From: Octopus vulgaris | Taxonomy: Eukaryota | Assembly (NCBI GenBank): GCA_951406725.2 | Contig: OX597822.1 | Location: forward strand, 31,372,001-31,436,000 | Reading direction: 5' to 3' | Length of the DNA stretch: 64,000 bases | Part shown: piece by piece, positions 27,921-43,726 of the stretch | How positions within the stretch are numbered: position 1 is the first letter of the stretch | Layout: the number at the start of each line of letters is the position of its first letter | Notes under the pieces: generated by a model | The model's database searches: none | What the model was told of the DNA's origin: nothing | Seen by the model: the letters and a program-made list of their open reading frames with translations, nothing else | Program-made: the position numbers and the translations under genes

Positions 27921-29836
27921 TATAAGCAATAAAAATGTGTTATCTTATAAATATTTAGATATCTACTATACTGGTTTTATCTTTAATATGAAGTTTAAGC
28001 ATTTATGCACATTTGAATCTAAAAGGGTATGTTTTACTCCTATTTGTGTATTTTTACAATGGAAATTGGCATTCAGAAATAAGTTCATTATTCAAAAAGC
28101 TTCCTGTATTTTCCTCTTGTTTACCCCAGCATTTGATTTTAAAGTTAATCCTCTTTTGTATTTCTCACTAACTGGAGTTTAAAATTCTACCATATTAAAA
28201 CGACTGAGAAAGAGATGTAAAAATCTAACAAAGGAAAATAACAATAATAATATCACATGAGAATTTCAATCCGTAGGCTTAAATAACGAGCAGATACCTA
28301 TTCGCAACACTCTCATTAATATATATATATATATTTAATACAAGTTGTTAGTAGTAGAAAGAAAGGCAGTTTGTATTTCTTTTACAAAATAAATCCTATT
28401 CAGATTTCATTTCTAAGATCAGATCGTTTACTCAGACAACAGATTTACGCCATTGTGAAACTTACAAATATTGGGATTAGCTGCACTAGTTTCAGAAACC
28501 TTATCCTACATGACAACTCACTCAATACCCAATAAAATAACTAAATTCTATTTAGTAGTGACACAATACTAAATCGTATAAGATTTATAAAACACAGCTT
28601 TGCGAAATATATATTCTCCACTCATCATAGTGACACAACTCTATGCAATTGTAATGCGATTGATTCTTTCTTTCCGAAGTGGTTCCTTCTGCACGTGACA
28701 TGAATTTCTTTTCAAAGGAGATAATTTTTTCCACGCCAGAAGACGGACACAACTGGCATATTTTAATTACCTTCAAAGAATTTTTGTTTCGTATGTGAGG
28801 GGATTCTAGCTTTTTTTGTAAATATTTACTAGTCTCGCTCTTCGTAGATCAGGTAACAATCTGACTGGCGTCTTCTCAGACGTCCGGTCACTTATATTTA
28901 GCCATTTCTCGCTTACTGACATTGCCAAATATAGCTGCAATAGGTTGTTTGTTGGTTTAGGGTTTGATCCCAGAACTATCGAAGAAGATTTCTTGTACAT
29001 TTTTATTTTGATTTACGACCGTGAATCGTTGCTATTTCAAGTTCACTTTCTCCATTCGAAACCTTAATATACTTCTTCCAAAATTGTTTAGCGATTCTTA
29101 ATTGAAGCAATCTTCATCCACTTATCTGCGATAGCTGCATTTATTTGCTCCTCTGGTGGCTGAAGCAAAACTCCGGAACCTTTGGTTATGCCTGTTTATG
29201 TTAGTCTTTTCTTACATTCTACAGGAATAATAGATCTTCGAAGAGAAGCAGGCATCTAAGGTAGAGGATTTTTCTAGTCATTTGTCCTCTCTATAAAATA
29301 GTAAATGGCTAGTGTACTTTTCTTTGAATGTATGCTTGCAAACAAAAAAAAACTGTCCTATGTTAGAAGGATTTCATTTCATAGCTAATGGGAATATATG
29401 CAAATTTTGTTATTGCGGCTATGATACAAAGCAGCATGTTTTGTTTGACTGAAGTCATTATCATTGTCTTTTTTATATATATAAATTTCCACAGTTTTTT
29501 TTTTATTGCAAACATGCTGTGCATTGTTTAGTAGGACTCCGTTCGAGGATATTGTCCATATATCAGAAAAAACGATTATCGACAATGTGAGGACAATTAG
29601 TTTCTCACGAATATTTTAGCAGCTGATAAAACTGGCACTGTTTTCAAAAACAACAGAAGGTAAGACAAAGAAAACTTTGTCGCTATTTACCTGTACACAG
29701 AAGACATTCAAGGGTTTCAGCACTAATTTCCAGTATATTAAATCTCGAAAAACATTTATGAGGCATTGTAGAACCCGGAGTTTCGAGGAGCAATGTAGTA
29801 ATATGTTGGACAGGGACACAAGAACAACAACAAGAA

Positions 29837-29876
<40 letters not shown>

Positions 29877-30256
29877 AGTAGTAGTAGTAGCAGTAGTAGT
29901 AGTAGTAGCGGCAGCAGTACTTGGGAGAACATGCAAGAGATATAACTTTCATGATGTAGAAAATCTGAGTTGAGCAGGCTGTCAGATTGTATGAAGATTA
30001 ACTAGATTAAATTAATCTTTATTCAACATTCAGTTTCTATATATGAATAAAATTTTAAAAAAAAAAAAACAGTCGAGAGTGTAGTTTAATTAAATACATC
30101 TTTATGTAAACAAAATTGTTTATGAAATCTTCGTTAAATTTTCAAACGATTTATCAAATAAAAATGAATGTTTCGATTAGTGAAATGCACAACAATGTTA
30201 GCGAAACTCAGAATTACCAGCACCATTGGAAGGATGCTCTGTTGATTGATAACGCT

Positions 30257-30426
30257 GGCGGGTGCTGTGGTAAGTAGCTTGCTTACGAACCACATGGTTT
30301 CGGGTTCTGTCCCACTGCGTGGCACCTTGGGCAAGTGTCTTCTACTATAGCCTCGGACCCACCAAAGCCTTGTGAGTGGATTTGGTAGACGGAAACTGAA
30401 AGAAGCCTTTCGTATATACGTGTATG

Positions 30427-30469
<43 letters not shown>

Positions 30470-30747
30470 GTGTGTATGTGTGTATGTGTGTGTGTGTGTT
30501 TGTGTGTATGTGCGCGCGTCTACATGTTTGTGTGTCTGTGTTTGTACACCCCCAACATTGCTTGACGACCGATGCTGGTGTGTTTACGTCCCCGTAACTT
30601 AGCGGTTCGGCAAAAGAGACCGATAGAATAAGTACCAGGCTTACAAAGAATAAGTACTGGGGTCGATTTGCTCATCTAAAAGGCGGTGCTCCAGCATGGC
30701 CACAGTCAAATGACTGAAACAAGTAGAAGTGTAAAAGAGTAAAAGAG
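30257..30747 (+). mobile_element. SINE family A, full length
   Basis: Head, internal (TA)/(TG) tract and (GTAAAAGA)n tail. Confidence 0.85.
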
Positions 30748-32428
30748 CAAGCGTAAACCACCAAAATGAATTTAATCGACTGGATACAAAACTTCGTTAG
30801 ATTTAATGAGAATATCTATGTAAAGGATATATATAATTCGACGATCTATTCGTCGGTCGAATAAACGGTGTTAGACTTAAGTATACCATAAGTTGCATTG
30901 ACTGCGTTGTATGTGGATAGCTGTTAATTTAGCGAAGAAGTCAGAGTACAGCAACCAATCCGATTTCGTCAGTCTTAAACAGTACCACACGCATAGTTAG
31001 AGGTAAATTTTAATTTTCTCGAAGTTTCAAACCTCCTGTTTTATATTTAGTTTTACTTAAAGTATTACATTTTATTGCAATACGGATCAAATATTTTCAA
31101 ATATATTATTTCTTTTAATAATTTTCGTAGAGATTTCTATTTCATTTGATAATCTATTTATCAATTTGATCTGACAAAATGATTCTTTCGTGTGCATACA
31201 TTTATCTATAACTATATGCATAACTTTATTTGTCGGTAGTATTGCTACAAATTACATATACATCAAACTATATTTTTGCTTGTCAACACATCTTCTCGCC
31301 TGACTATAGCTGTCACTCATTTGTTTTCAGCTGATCTTCCTAACATTTTCTTTTATAGATTTAAATCAATGAATTTTACTATTTATTACGGTGTGTTTCC
31401 AGGATGAAAAATTATTTTCAAATGCCACTTCTGTCTTTAGGCGTGTTGCTTCGTTATTTCTTCATCTCCGCATTTCTGCAGTTTCTTTTCGTTTATTAAC
31501 TATTTAATACAAACAATTACCATACTTTTTGTTCTTTATTATTTCCGTCGTGTTGGGGCGATTATATCCACTTCAATAATATATTTATAATATCGAGCAA
31601 CACATTTTCTGGACATTAAGTGACTCAAAGAAAATACAACAGTGGCTTTAACAGATGAATGTATGTATATAGATAGTCAATCCAAAATTGAACAAGCAAG
31701 AAAAAAAACAATGCGAGGACGTGGAATAAGTGCAGTGGTATTCGACGCTCAGGAAATGAAAGAAAAGAAAGAGGATTTCAAGTTTCGAGCGGAGCTTTTC
31801 ATTAGAAATATAGAAGAAGTCCAAAGAAGGGAAGACGGAGAGAGAAAATCGCCAACGATACATATGTGGTCATGTATTCAGATGACCTGAATGGAATGGG
31901 TGAAGACAAAGTTCATTCAAAGACGGGAGAGTGCAAGAAAAGGAGGTATATGTGTGTATGTGTGTGTATGTGCGTGCGCACAGGTCTGTGTGTGTGTGTA
32001 ATGATAGCACGTGAGTGTGTGTGTGTGTTTGAGTATGTGTGTTGTTGTGGCTGTTTATGTATGTGTGTGGTTGGGCTTACTATAGTTTAAGGTCATAGGA
32101 ACAATTTATAGTAAGAATTTTGGTAGGAGTGGCTGGCTGTTGTGTGTCTACCTACACATGTGCGTAGGAGAATGATCAGTAGAAAGGCACTGGTAGTTTG
32201 AAGTTTGTGTGTGTGCGTGTATGTATATGTAATGTGTTTGCTTTGTTTGCAGTATGTGTGTGTATGTATGTATGTGTGTGTACATGTGGGTATGTGTGCA
32301 CGCGTGGGTTCATTTGCGTGTGCGTGTGTGTATATGTGTGCGTGTGTATATATGTGTATCCATGTATATATATGTATATATGTGTATCCATGTGAGTGTA
32401 TGTGCGTATAAATATACGCATATACACG

Positions 32429-32474
<46 letters not shown>

Positions 32475-33035
32475 TACTTCTAATATAGGATAAATTTTTT
32501 TCCAAAATAATTTCATCATAGTGGCCAGTATTTTAAAATACCTTTAAAGGTGAAAATTATAAACAATTATAAACAAAAGCAAAAGGAAAAAAATCTATGC
32601 CAATATGCTGAGAATAGACTTCACTTCGGGACTGGTAACCGCTAGAAGTTGTGGTTCGTGACCAGTCGCACGTATGCTGAGGCTTCGTAAAGGATTTTTC
32701 ATATAGATATAACTGGGTTACTTATGTGTATGTATGCATCTTGCTTCTGCTTTTTTCAATGGGTGCTTGTAATTATTTCATTTATTTCTTATCGCATTCT
32801 TTACGGAAGAGGGAAAAATCTGTGGGATTAATCCCGAAATTAATTCAATATAGAGATAACGAATAAAAAAAAATAATCTGTTAGCATGCATTCATCGATT
32901 TCAGCACGACATGTATTCATAGCGAATGTATATTGTAATGTGGTCATTGACGATTTTAAGTCTATTCTCAACATATTGGCATAGAAATCTGTTTTCTTTT
33001 GCTCTTGTTTATCATCATATATATATATATATACA

Positions 33036-33256
33036 CTTTTACTCTTTTACTTTTTACTTGTTTCAGTCATGTGACTGTGGCCATGCTGGAGCACCGCATT
33101 TAGTCGAGCAAATCGACCCCAGGACTTATTCTTTGTACTTATTCTATCGGTCTCCTTTGTCGAACCACTAAATTACGGGAACTTAAACACACAAGCATCG
33201 GTTGTCAACCGATGTTGGGGACGAACATAGACATACAAATATATACACACACATAC

Positions 33257-33292
<36 letters not shown>

Positions 33293-33301
33293 CGAGGGGC
33301 T
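33036..33301 (-). mobile_element. SINE family A, 3' half
   Basis: Match to the family A tail and body. Confidence 0.8.
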
Positions 33302-34304
33302 AATCATTTTTCATGTCTAAGTTGAAAATGTACTAAAATGTTCTTCATGATAAAATTATTTTAGCATTATCTACCTTGTCCTATTTTCCTTCATATGTGT
33401 GTGTGTGTGAGTGTGTGTGTACGTGCGTGTGTATAATAGACATGTATATATTTTCATATGTATGCGTATACCTATATTTGATATATATGCAAGTTGAAAG
33501 GGATACCGTTCATGAAAACTGATCCCTTATCTCTTCGCTGCACTACTCAATATGTATTTCAATATTTGTGTCCGGATGAGGGAGATATAACTAGTGCTTC
33601 AGATTGATGAAATACAAATTTCACTCACTTCATAATTTAATTTATCGAAATCTAAATCTTACTATTTATTTCCGGTTTCTCTATTTCCCGTCGCGCCCCG
33701 TTCAGTAAACCCGATCACCTACTTCATATGCTTCCAATCTTAATATTTTCACTGATGCGTATCGAGAGAAAATCGAATATAATTTTTTACAGAAATCAGT
33801 TAATACACAACAATATTACATCCAACTCGAAAGTAGTCGCTTGACATAGATACAATCATAGATATTAGAACATCTATGCCCTCTCAAACCGGACTCCAAC
33901 AGCACCAATAACAACATTGGTCGTATGGATGGATCCTTTGTGCTTTATTACCGCTAGGGACTCATATTTGCATCATGAAATATTATGCAACTCATATTCT
34001 AAATGAAAACGCTATCCAATACAAATTCCAATATTTTGTATCATGTTATATCCCTTCATATATCGTTTGATGTGTTCTCATCTTGAGTGTTTCGCTCCCT
34101 GCACACCCTTTGTCGCTTTTTTTTTCATTTTTGTAATGTTGTTGCAATATAATATCCGTTCCCAACCATTAAGGTCATACGAAAGTCGTAAAGATTTCTA
34201 TGCACAACATGAATTGAATGTGTGGAAATGGTATTATGTATTATGCGCAACCTTTAGACTCATATGATATACATACATACAAACATACACGCACATGCAC
34301 ACTC

Positions 34305-34353
<49 letters not shown>

Positions 34354-34599
34354 TGAAAGTAAACATACATAGGTTTAAATATATATTTATGTACATATAT
34401 ATATATATTTCCGTGTATGCCTGTGTAGATACATATATATTAGAGTTCCTTTTGTCTCTTCAAGCTGTTATTGTTCATCATTTCATTTCCCTCTAACTCT
34501 GTTAATACATCATAAATTTTTATTGATTTCGTGGAATACAGCGTTTATGAAATTGTCTACATATAGTGTATAATTATACATACATATATATATATATCT

Positions 34600-34678
<79 letters not shown>

Positions 34679-35414
34679 GGTATATAGGTATATATATATG
34701 TATATATATATATGTATATATATAAGTATATATATAGGTATCTATATGTGTATATATATAGGTATATATATGTAGATATATATGTATATATATAGGTATA
34801 TATATATATGTATAAATATAGGTATATATATATGTGTGTGTGAGTGTATGTATTTATATATTAATTTGCTACGTATGTAATGTATTTATATGAAGAAGAT
34901 CACCTCCGACCTTGTCTAATGTAAAGACGCTTATACTAAATCATATTTTCCATTAGAGTTAATAGAGTCTAAGAATTTATATCCAGGGTTGGTGTGCAAT
35001 TATGTTGCCAATGGAGTCACAAAATCCTCTACGATCATCATAGGCGATCATGAAGTGTTGTTTGATACTAAGGGAAATGTCCAGGAAAATAGATAATGCT
35101 GAAACTGTACAAAAGTTTATGGCTTATGAATTGCCGAAAGTGCTCTCATAATCAATATGCTCGATAAATTAGCCACCAGCCTAAATGTCAGATGAGAGAT
35201 ATTTACCAAATGTCGCTACATAGCTACCTATTGAATGTTTGGTAAGTTTTAACACCACCTGATTGAATGGGTGAAATCCAACAATTTGTGTGAATCATCA
35301 TATTTTCTCTTCTCCTTTCTTTTTTTTAATAAATAGCTACGGCATTCTGTCAATATACGGGCGTCTTTCTGTGTTTTTGTTCGTGTGCCTTTGCATATGT
35401 GTGTGTGTCTTGTG

Positions 35415-35464
<50 letters not shown>

Positions 35465-35584
35465 GTGTGCGTGCGTGCGTGCGTGCGTCTGTGCATGTGT
35501 CTCAAAGTGTCTGCACGTTTTTGTGTCTGGGTGTCAGAAAACCATCTAATATATAGCTACATGCGAATTTTCGAACTTGCGATG

Positions 35585-35648
<64 letters not shown>

Positions 35649-36104
35649 CATATATATATACATATATATACACACACATACACACACACGCGCACATGTA
35701 CACACGTAAATACGCACACTCACATATATACAACATTATAGATGCACTGTTTTCTGTGGCAATTTGGATAATGAGTATTTAGAGACGCACATCATGTTTC
35801 CATTGTTGAATTAGTCACAAGGGTAATGGAATGAATTATCAGATAAATAACGGGAAATACAAAGTAAGTATAATGAGGCTGTAATAGTGCAGTTGTTATT
35901 GATTGCTAAATGTCTTACACGACATTGTATTAATATTTAGTGTATATCATTAGGCTTCAGAATTTCCCTCAAACCGTAGGTATGAAATAAGCAAGAAAAG
36001 CTGTATTAAATCATTTTAGTTTATAAGTCAGAGTAACATAGATAGAATCCTTACTATAGTCATTTATACGGAATTGTCAAATAAAATACGTGAGTATATG
36101 TAAT

Positions 36105-36490
36105 GGAAGCACTCCGTCGGTTCCGACGACGAGGAGGGTTCCGGTTGATCCGATCAACGGAACAGCCTGCTCGTGAAATTAACGTGTAAGTGGCTGAGCA
36201 CTCACCAGACACGTGTACCTTTAATGTAGTTCTCGGGGATATTCAGCGTGACACAGAGAGTGACAAGGCCGGCCCTTTGAAATACAGGTACAACAGAAAC
36301 AGGAAGTAAGAGTGAGAGAAAGTTGTGGTGAAAGAGTACAGCAGGGATCACCACAATCCCCTGCCGGAGCCTCGTGGAGCTTCAGGTGTTTTCGCTCAAT
36401 AAACACTCACAACGCCCGGTCTGGGAATCGAAACCGCGATCCTACGACCGCGAGTCCGCTGCCCTAACCACTGGGCCATTGCGCCTCCAC
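36105..36490 (-). mobile_element. SINE family B, full length, 11-bp TSD
   Basis: Near-identical to the 26855 copy. TSD GTATATGTAAT at 36094-36104 and 36491-36501. Confidence 0.9.
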
Positions 36491-37317
36491 GTATATGTAA
36501 TACACAAAAGTAAAAAAGAAAATATGAAAACAAAAGCCGCATAAGTGTAGAGTATTCTATTCCATTATATCTACCTAGTGTAGTATTACTAGACAATAGT
36601 CTTCTAAAGCGGTTGGGCAACGGGTTGAGTTATTTCCGCATTAGAATATAAGTCCGTCTTGTTCACGAAGGGCTCTCTATCGATTTGGTGTAATTTTAAC
36701 CATCAGCTAATCAATATGCACCCGTTTGTTCGATCCGCAAAAACCTATCCGCTAAATCTCTCACAAACGAAGCTTACCATCTGAATTTTTCGCTTGATTC
36801 AACTCTACTGCCAGGTTCTTTATATAATTAATGTAATCCTCTCCTTCTGCAAGAATTTTCCCAAGTCAGCTCTCTGCTCTGATGGTAACTACCTTCTCAT
36901 ATATAAAAAAAGAATTGTTGAAGCCCTCTTTGTATTTTTCTAACGTGATGTATGTTTCTCTAGGTTACGTTACATCCCAAACAAAGGCAGAGTTATTATA
37001 GATTAACGACGTTTGAATCATTTTCTCTTTGCTTGATTGAAGTTGAAAGAGCACCAAATAACAAAATTATAAAACTATAAAACTTTAAAGCCTAAATGCT
37101 TCCTAAAATTCGCCAATACTACACCTGATATCTTCCCGGCATACGCATAAACATATGTATATCATGACTCACGCACTGTTCACCTTCCTGAATTTTGTAC
37201 ATAATTCTAGGTGCTGTACATGCACGTTTGATGAGTTATTGTACACCTGAGCAATATACAGAATAATTTAATTCCCATTATATTACAGTAATGTGACATG
37301 GGCTTGTGGTTACGGTG

Positions 37318-37579
37318 TACGTGGTCTGATCAATAAGTATCCAAGCTGCTGGCATCGTAAGAAAGCTAAGGTATGCAGAGTGAATCAAGTTGGCACTGAG
37401 TGACTTTGAACTTTCATGTGCATGCGCACTAAGTTTTAACGTTCTACCTCACTTTCGATTTTTACAGCAGTGCTTAGAAGGAACGTGTGTAGCGTATGAT
37501 CATCGCTTTGACCATGACAGAGAAAGCTGAGCAGAGAATCTGCATCAAATTTTGTCAAAAACTTTGCGATACCTGCTCT
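37318..37579 (+). mobile_element. 5' fragment of a second mariner-like element
   Basis: TACGTGGTCTGATCAATAAGT TIR-like start, then MTEKAEQRICIKFCQKL from 37514, typical of a mariner transposase N-terminus. Confidence 0.6.
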
Positions 37580-37989
37580 CTAGTAGTTACATCCAATGCG
37601 GGACCACTCAGTTTAGAGTGAGTCGATGAGTGTGGGTCTATTGTATTCACGACTGAAAAAGACTATCCTAGATATCTTATAAATTTAGTATGATACTCAC
37701 ATATCCAGTCTTAAGACAATGGTTTGATATTGTTGTTCATATTGTTGTTGTTTAACACGTTAGCATCCTTAATCAAGTAGAAATATAATCAAATGAATCC
37801 CTGCCGTGGCTCTTTTTCAGAATTCCTTCAAACGTTCAACAAACATAATTTCTTTTAGTTAATTTGATTTGTAAAATGTTTAGTATTCCACTGACCCGAA
37901 ATCGTTTAACGCAATTTTCAGATTAATATTACGTGATAAACCTGGGCTGTTGAATTAAAAACGAAATAGCTAGCTAGTATGAGTTAGAG

Positions 37990-38224
<235 letters not shown>

Positions 38225-38959
38225 TAGTAAACTGAATGATATAGTGAGAAGAATCTGCATAAGTAGTAAATGATTACTTTATTTTTGGTCTCCTAAAGGA
38301 TGAAAGACAGCAATAATCATAGTTGGATTTGAAACTGGATCGCCGAAAATCACAACGTACGAACACGCCGCCCTCTCTACACTTTGCATTGCATTTAATG
38401 GCTTAGATAAATTGTTGATGATGTTTCTTCGCCCCTGATCAACTCCGAGTGGGTTGATGTATTAAAATTAAAAACATTCCAGCCTTGACAAGCTCACCGT
38501 TGTGTACCTCGGACTTAATTTCTCAACGAAATGTTCCATTCAGACGAGACGTTGTTTAGTGAAGGAACTTTCACGAAGAACCGCTGTTTTTTCTTTTTCT
38601 CTTCAAAGTATCACTAGTTTACTATCCTCATGTAACTCTATCAAAAACATGTATGTTGTCAGGATCAATGTTGTTGATGTATTAGGCAGCTATAATTTTT
38701 ATCGATTCGTGCAAATTGCGAGGCAGGTGTTCGATAGAAGATATTTTTTTTTTTATTTCGTACACGAAAACTTACTATGTACTGGCTGAATATTTTCTTA
38801 TATCCTATCCAAATATATTCGTTAGATTTTTATTTTAGATTCTTTCTTGTACGCTTGTTATTCATCATTATGTTTTCTATTATTACCATTCTTAACTATT
38901 CTCTGAATAATATCTTCAAGACAATACAGTCTATTTTTCACAGTGCATATTATCTGTAC

Positions 38960-39002
<43 letters not shown>

Positions 39003-39895
39003 TGTGTGTGTGTGTGTGTGAGTATGCTCGCTTGTATAAATTCACATACACAAATGTCATTACGTAGTATGTGTGTATGTGCACGTGCGTGCGTGTGTAA
39101 CTTTCTCGTCTTTTTTTATTGTTTCATTACCAGTCAATTCTTTTGTATTTCTCGCTTATTTGCTATCCCGTATATACCCTAAATAATAGTTTACCTGTCG
39201 CAATTATGGTTTTATATTCGGCAAGGCTGCATAGACATTCACTGCAATGATGTGCCGGGGAACATTCCCCATGAAACCCGTTTCAAAACGCTGTCAATCC
39301 CGGATTTTATGCTTTCCGCGAGGACATTGCATGTTTTAAAAATCAGTAAAGATTACCTCCCTCAAAGCGAAATCTTACCTCTAAAGAGCGAGGAGTTGTT
39401 AGATAATAATATTCTTAAATCTATTACGTATCATATATGGTTTAATCGTGAGGCGAAGAACTTCGATGCCGAACAAACTCAGTGCTAAAGTTTGATAATA
39501 TTGCAACAACTCCAATAACAAACTTTAAATATACCTTAAGTAATTTATCTAGTCCACATTCGTTAGAAATTTTACAAACAATATAACATAAGTTCAGTTT
39601 TCTTGTTGATGATATTGATACTTAATTGAAGTTGGTTATATGGAAGTTATAAATAGGTAATAAACAAGTTAGTACCGGTCAAGTAGATCTATTAATAAAT
39701 TGTTGACTTTACTTTCATTATTTAGTTTGTAATATGATGGAGATGTAGAAGGTGGCGACATTCAGGGTCGTTACCGCATTGGACACATAGTTCAGCAGCA
39801 TTTGTTTCAGATCTGCATTTGCTTTCACCACTTACCCGGTCAATAAAATACTAGCTGAATACGAAATTTCAGGCTATGTGATTATTTCTAGAGCA

Positions 39896-40220
39896 TGCTC
39901 GTGAAATTAACGTGCAAGTGGCTGAGCACTCCACAGACACGTGTACCCTTAATGTAGTTCTCGAGGATATTCAGCGTGACACAGAGAGTGACAAGGCCGG
40001 CTCTTTTAAATACAGGTACAACAGAAACAGGAAGTAAGAGTGAGATAAAGTTGTGGTGAAAGAGTACAGCAGGGATCACCACCATCCCCTGCCGGAGCCT
40101 CGTGGAGCTTTTTAGGTGTTTTCGCTCAATAAACACTCACAACGCCCGATCTGGGAATCGAAACCGCGACCCTATGACAGCGAGTCCGCTGCCCTAACCA
40201 CTGGGCCATTGCGTCTCCAC
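39896..40220 (-). mobile_element. SINE family B lacking its 3' tail
   Basis: Matches the family B head and body. Confidence 0.85.
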
Positions 40221-40448
40221 ATGTGATTATAATACGATGACAACGATGGAGATTCGGCTTGTAGTTCTAGCAACCAAAACAACGAAATGCATAAAATAAG
40301 ATAAAATAAAAAGAAGTCTATCTAAATGGTTGTTATGAAACTGGAATCCACAAGTAAGATTGAGAATCTACAAACACATTCACGTGCAGACTTTCATACA
40401 TGCCATATACACGCTCAACACTCGCTTATGTAGATACCCACACTGGTA

Positions 40449-40514
<66 letters not shown>

Positions 40515-41391
40515 TTAAGGAAAATAGGACCAGGTAGAAAATTGTAAAATAACTTTATTTTCAAATTGGAGTAAAGCATGGAAAGAATTAAATTTTTAAA
40601 AATTAAACGAAATGTATATGCATACATATACTGTGAAAACAATAAGTGTAGAAAATTTAGGAAAATGATCATACCGGTGGCTAGCATGCGTAATAAAGTC
40701 AATAGACAGTATATTTTCATAGAAAGTAGCGTACGAACAACGTATTTATACACGAAAGAAGTGACCTTTGACAGGACAACTTACTTACTACAAAGGCCAG
40801 TCAAACCCCAACCCACGAATAAAAGCAATTTCAAAGGGAATGAAAATTTTTTTTAAATGTTTGTAGTTAACCTCAAACTCGAGTTTCTATATTGTGTATT
40901 GACTTTATTTCGCATGCTAACCATCGGTCTGAAATTTTTTCTACGTTATTTTTTCTACATTAGTATTTTCACAGTAAATTTTTCGTAATTTCAAAGCCTT
41001 TCTGGCACGCAGTTTTAATTTTATTATTTGCTACCGAGTGTAACTGTGCTTGCGCGGTGGATTTGGAAATATAATGTATGAGCATGCAGAACGTGTATTT
41101 TCGGTACGTATTTGCTACATGACTTAGCATTACTTTTAGCTTCCTCACTGATGAAATACAGATGGCAAATTAATTTATATGCTCATTAATACAGAAACAC
41201 GAGTTAGAGGTTAACTAGAAAAATAATGATTTGTATTTCTATTTTCCCTTTGAAATTGCTTTTATTCGTGGTTTTGTCTTTGACTGCACTTTCTAGAATG
41301 TAAGGTGTTCTGTCAAAGGTCACCTCTTCCGTGTATATAAAAACGTAAATTGTTTGTACTATTATGCAAAACATGCATACAGACATATATG

Positions 41392-41443
<52 letters not shown>

Positions 41444-41496
41444 GAATATATATATATGTATATATATATATGTGTATATATATATATATGTATATA

Positions 41497-41543
<47 letters not shown>

Positions 41544-41671
41544 AAACACACACACATATATATATGTATGTATATATGTGTGTATGTACATGTAATACTG
41601 TACAAACAATTTAAGTTTCTACATATATATATTTACACATATATATATGCATATGTGTGTATAGATATATA

Positions 41672-41825
41672 GTTGAAATTCACAAAAAAAAAACGACAAA
41701 AGACGAAAACATGTGTTTAAACTACAAACAGGTATGTTACTTTAACGCTCGGGGAAGGTGGGAAAGTATTTTACGTTTCGAGCCTACACTTTTCAATATA
41801 AAAGGAAAGTGAGGAAACAGAGGGC
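41672..41825 (-). mobile_element. Family D copy (diverged)
   Basis: ACAAAAGACGAA...AACGCTCGGG...TTTTACGTTTCGAGCCTACACTTTTCAA. Confidence 0.55.
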
Positions 41826-41826
41826 G

Positions 41827-41898
<72 letters not shown>

Positions 41899-42741
41899 TA
41901 CATATATATACACATATATACATATATATACATATATACACAGGCCCAACACTAGAACAATTGTTACTATGTGGGGAAGTTGTAATTTGATGACTGTGTG
42001 GTTAACCTACACTTTACGCTGATTAGAGACCACAATGTGGCCTCTGGGTTGTGTTTATGGTATTTAACATATGGTATACATTTGGACCAGTTCTGAGGTT
42101 TAAATCTAAAGAAATATCTTGATGTGATATTTCCGGTTGCACCTTACGAAATCGCAGTGTTTGCACGAGAGCGTTTATAATCAATCCAGTTTTGTTATCT
42201 GCGATAAATGTATAGAAAGAGGAAATGCACACATTTGGACAACAACCATGCGCACCTTTATTGCCAGTGAGATCCTGAACAAATACGTATCTATACGCAA
42301 GCGAGAAAACAGAATTGAAGGTTTGAGAGAGAGAGGGAGTAAGAGAGAATGCGGGGGAGGGACAGATAGACAGATAAACACACAGACACACACTAAAACA
42401 TACATAGAGAAAAAGGGAGGGATAGTAATTGTCAAGACCACAATGTGTTTATGTTGAAGTATATGCATCATATATACGTAAATTTGTGAATATGTGTTCA
42501 GCTTTACATATATTATCAAAATCTGAGCGCACTTCAATGTGTACTTGCATTCGTATAAATAAATGTTTGTGTGTGTGCGTGTGTGTGTGAGTATTAATCT
42601 AAATGTATTTGCAGTTCAGATGTTTAACACGAAATCGAAAATAATACAATATACAAATCTTGATTCCTTTATATCTTTTAAATATGGTTTAGTTGCTACT
42701 ACTTTTCAATGTCTACAGTAGAACAGAGAGATTAAGAGAAA

Positions 42742-42774
<33 letters not shown>

Positions 42775-42877
42775 GAGAGAGAGAGAGAAATATATTTTCA
42801 ACTCATTTTGCCATGTGTTACTGGCTCTCCAGTAATTTTACTCCTTTTACATACATACATACATACATACATATATG

Positions 42878-42912
<35 letters not shown>

Positions 42913-43188
42913 ATATATATAACCGAGCAACAGTAGAGGTACAGTTGTATTGTTACTCATATTTTACTCAACTGTCTCGGAATCTGCTTTTCTTAAATAA
43001 TATGGACAGTATAATATAATGTACTAGTCGGAGCAGCTCAAGCGGATTTCTTCGCTCAGCTGGGCTACATACACCACAAGAATATGATTCGGCCGGTACT
43101 TATGTACCAAGTTTGATATTTATATATTATTGTGTGTGTATATTATTCCCACCTAACGAGGTGCCTCAATTTCAGAACTTAATTCAAC

Positions 43189-43243
<55 letters not shown>

Positions 43244-43270
43244 GTGTGTATGTATGTATGTATATATATG

Positions 43271-43489
43271 AATTTTTTGTGTAATGAGATAATAAAACCA
43301 AGGCTGTATAGATATTAGCGCATCTATAGATAGAAGGTCTTACAGCTGTTTCTAGAATATTAATAATAATATCCCTTCATTGGAGACGGTGTGAGAGGAA
43401 AAGTTAAGTCATAATTAGTTTCGATGTTATATAAATAGAGAGTGTGGTGGAGGAAAGAAAATAGATGTAAGATATGTATGGTTATTGAG

Positions 43490-43492
<3 letters not shown>
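43271..43492 (-). mobile_element. PLE-like terminus with degenerate HHR (43337-43387)
   Basis: Minus strand: GTCT-CCAATGA-AGGGATATT(ATTATT)AATATTCTA-GAAA-CAGCTG-TA-AGAC. (TA)n on both sides. Confidence 0.55.
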
Positions 43493-43520
<28 letters not shown>

Positions 43521-43524
<4 letters not shown>

Positions 43525-43726
43525 GGGAGAATTCACGAAAAGATCCAAAGACGAACACAGGTGGTGTAGAGAACAAACAAATGTATTAGTATAACGCTTG
43601 GGATTTGAAAAACGTGTTTAATATTTCGAGCCTACGCTCTTCTACGAAAGGAACACAGAAAGAAACAAGGAGAGAAACACGGCAAGGAAAAAATATGTGC
43701 AGTGGCTACCGATCTATTATGGCGAC

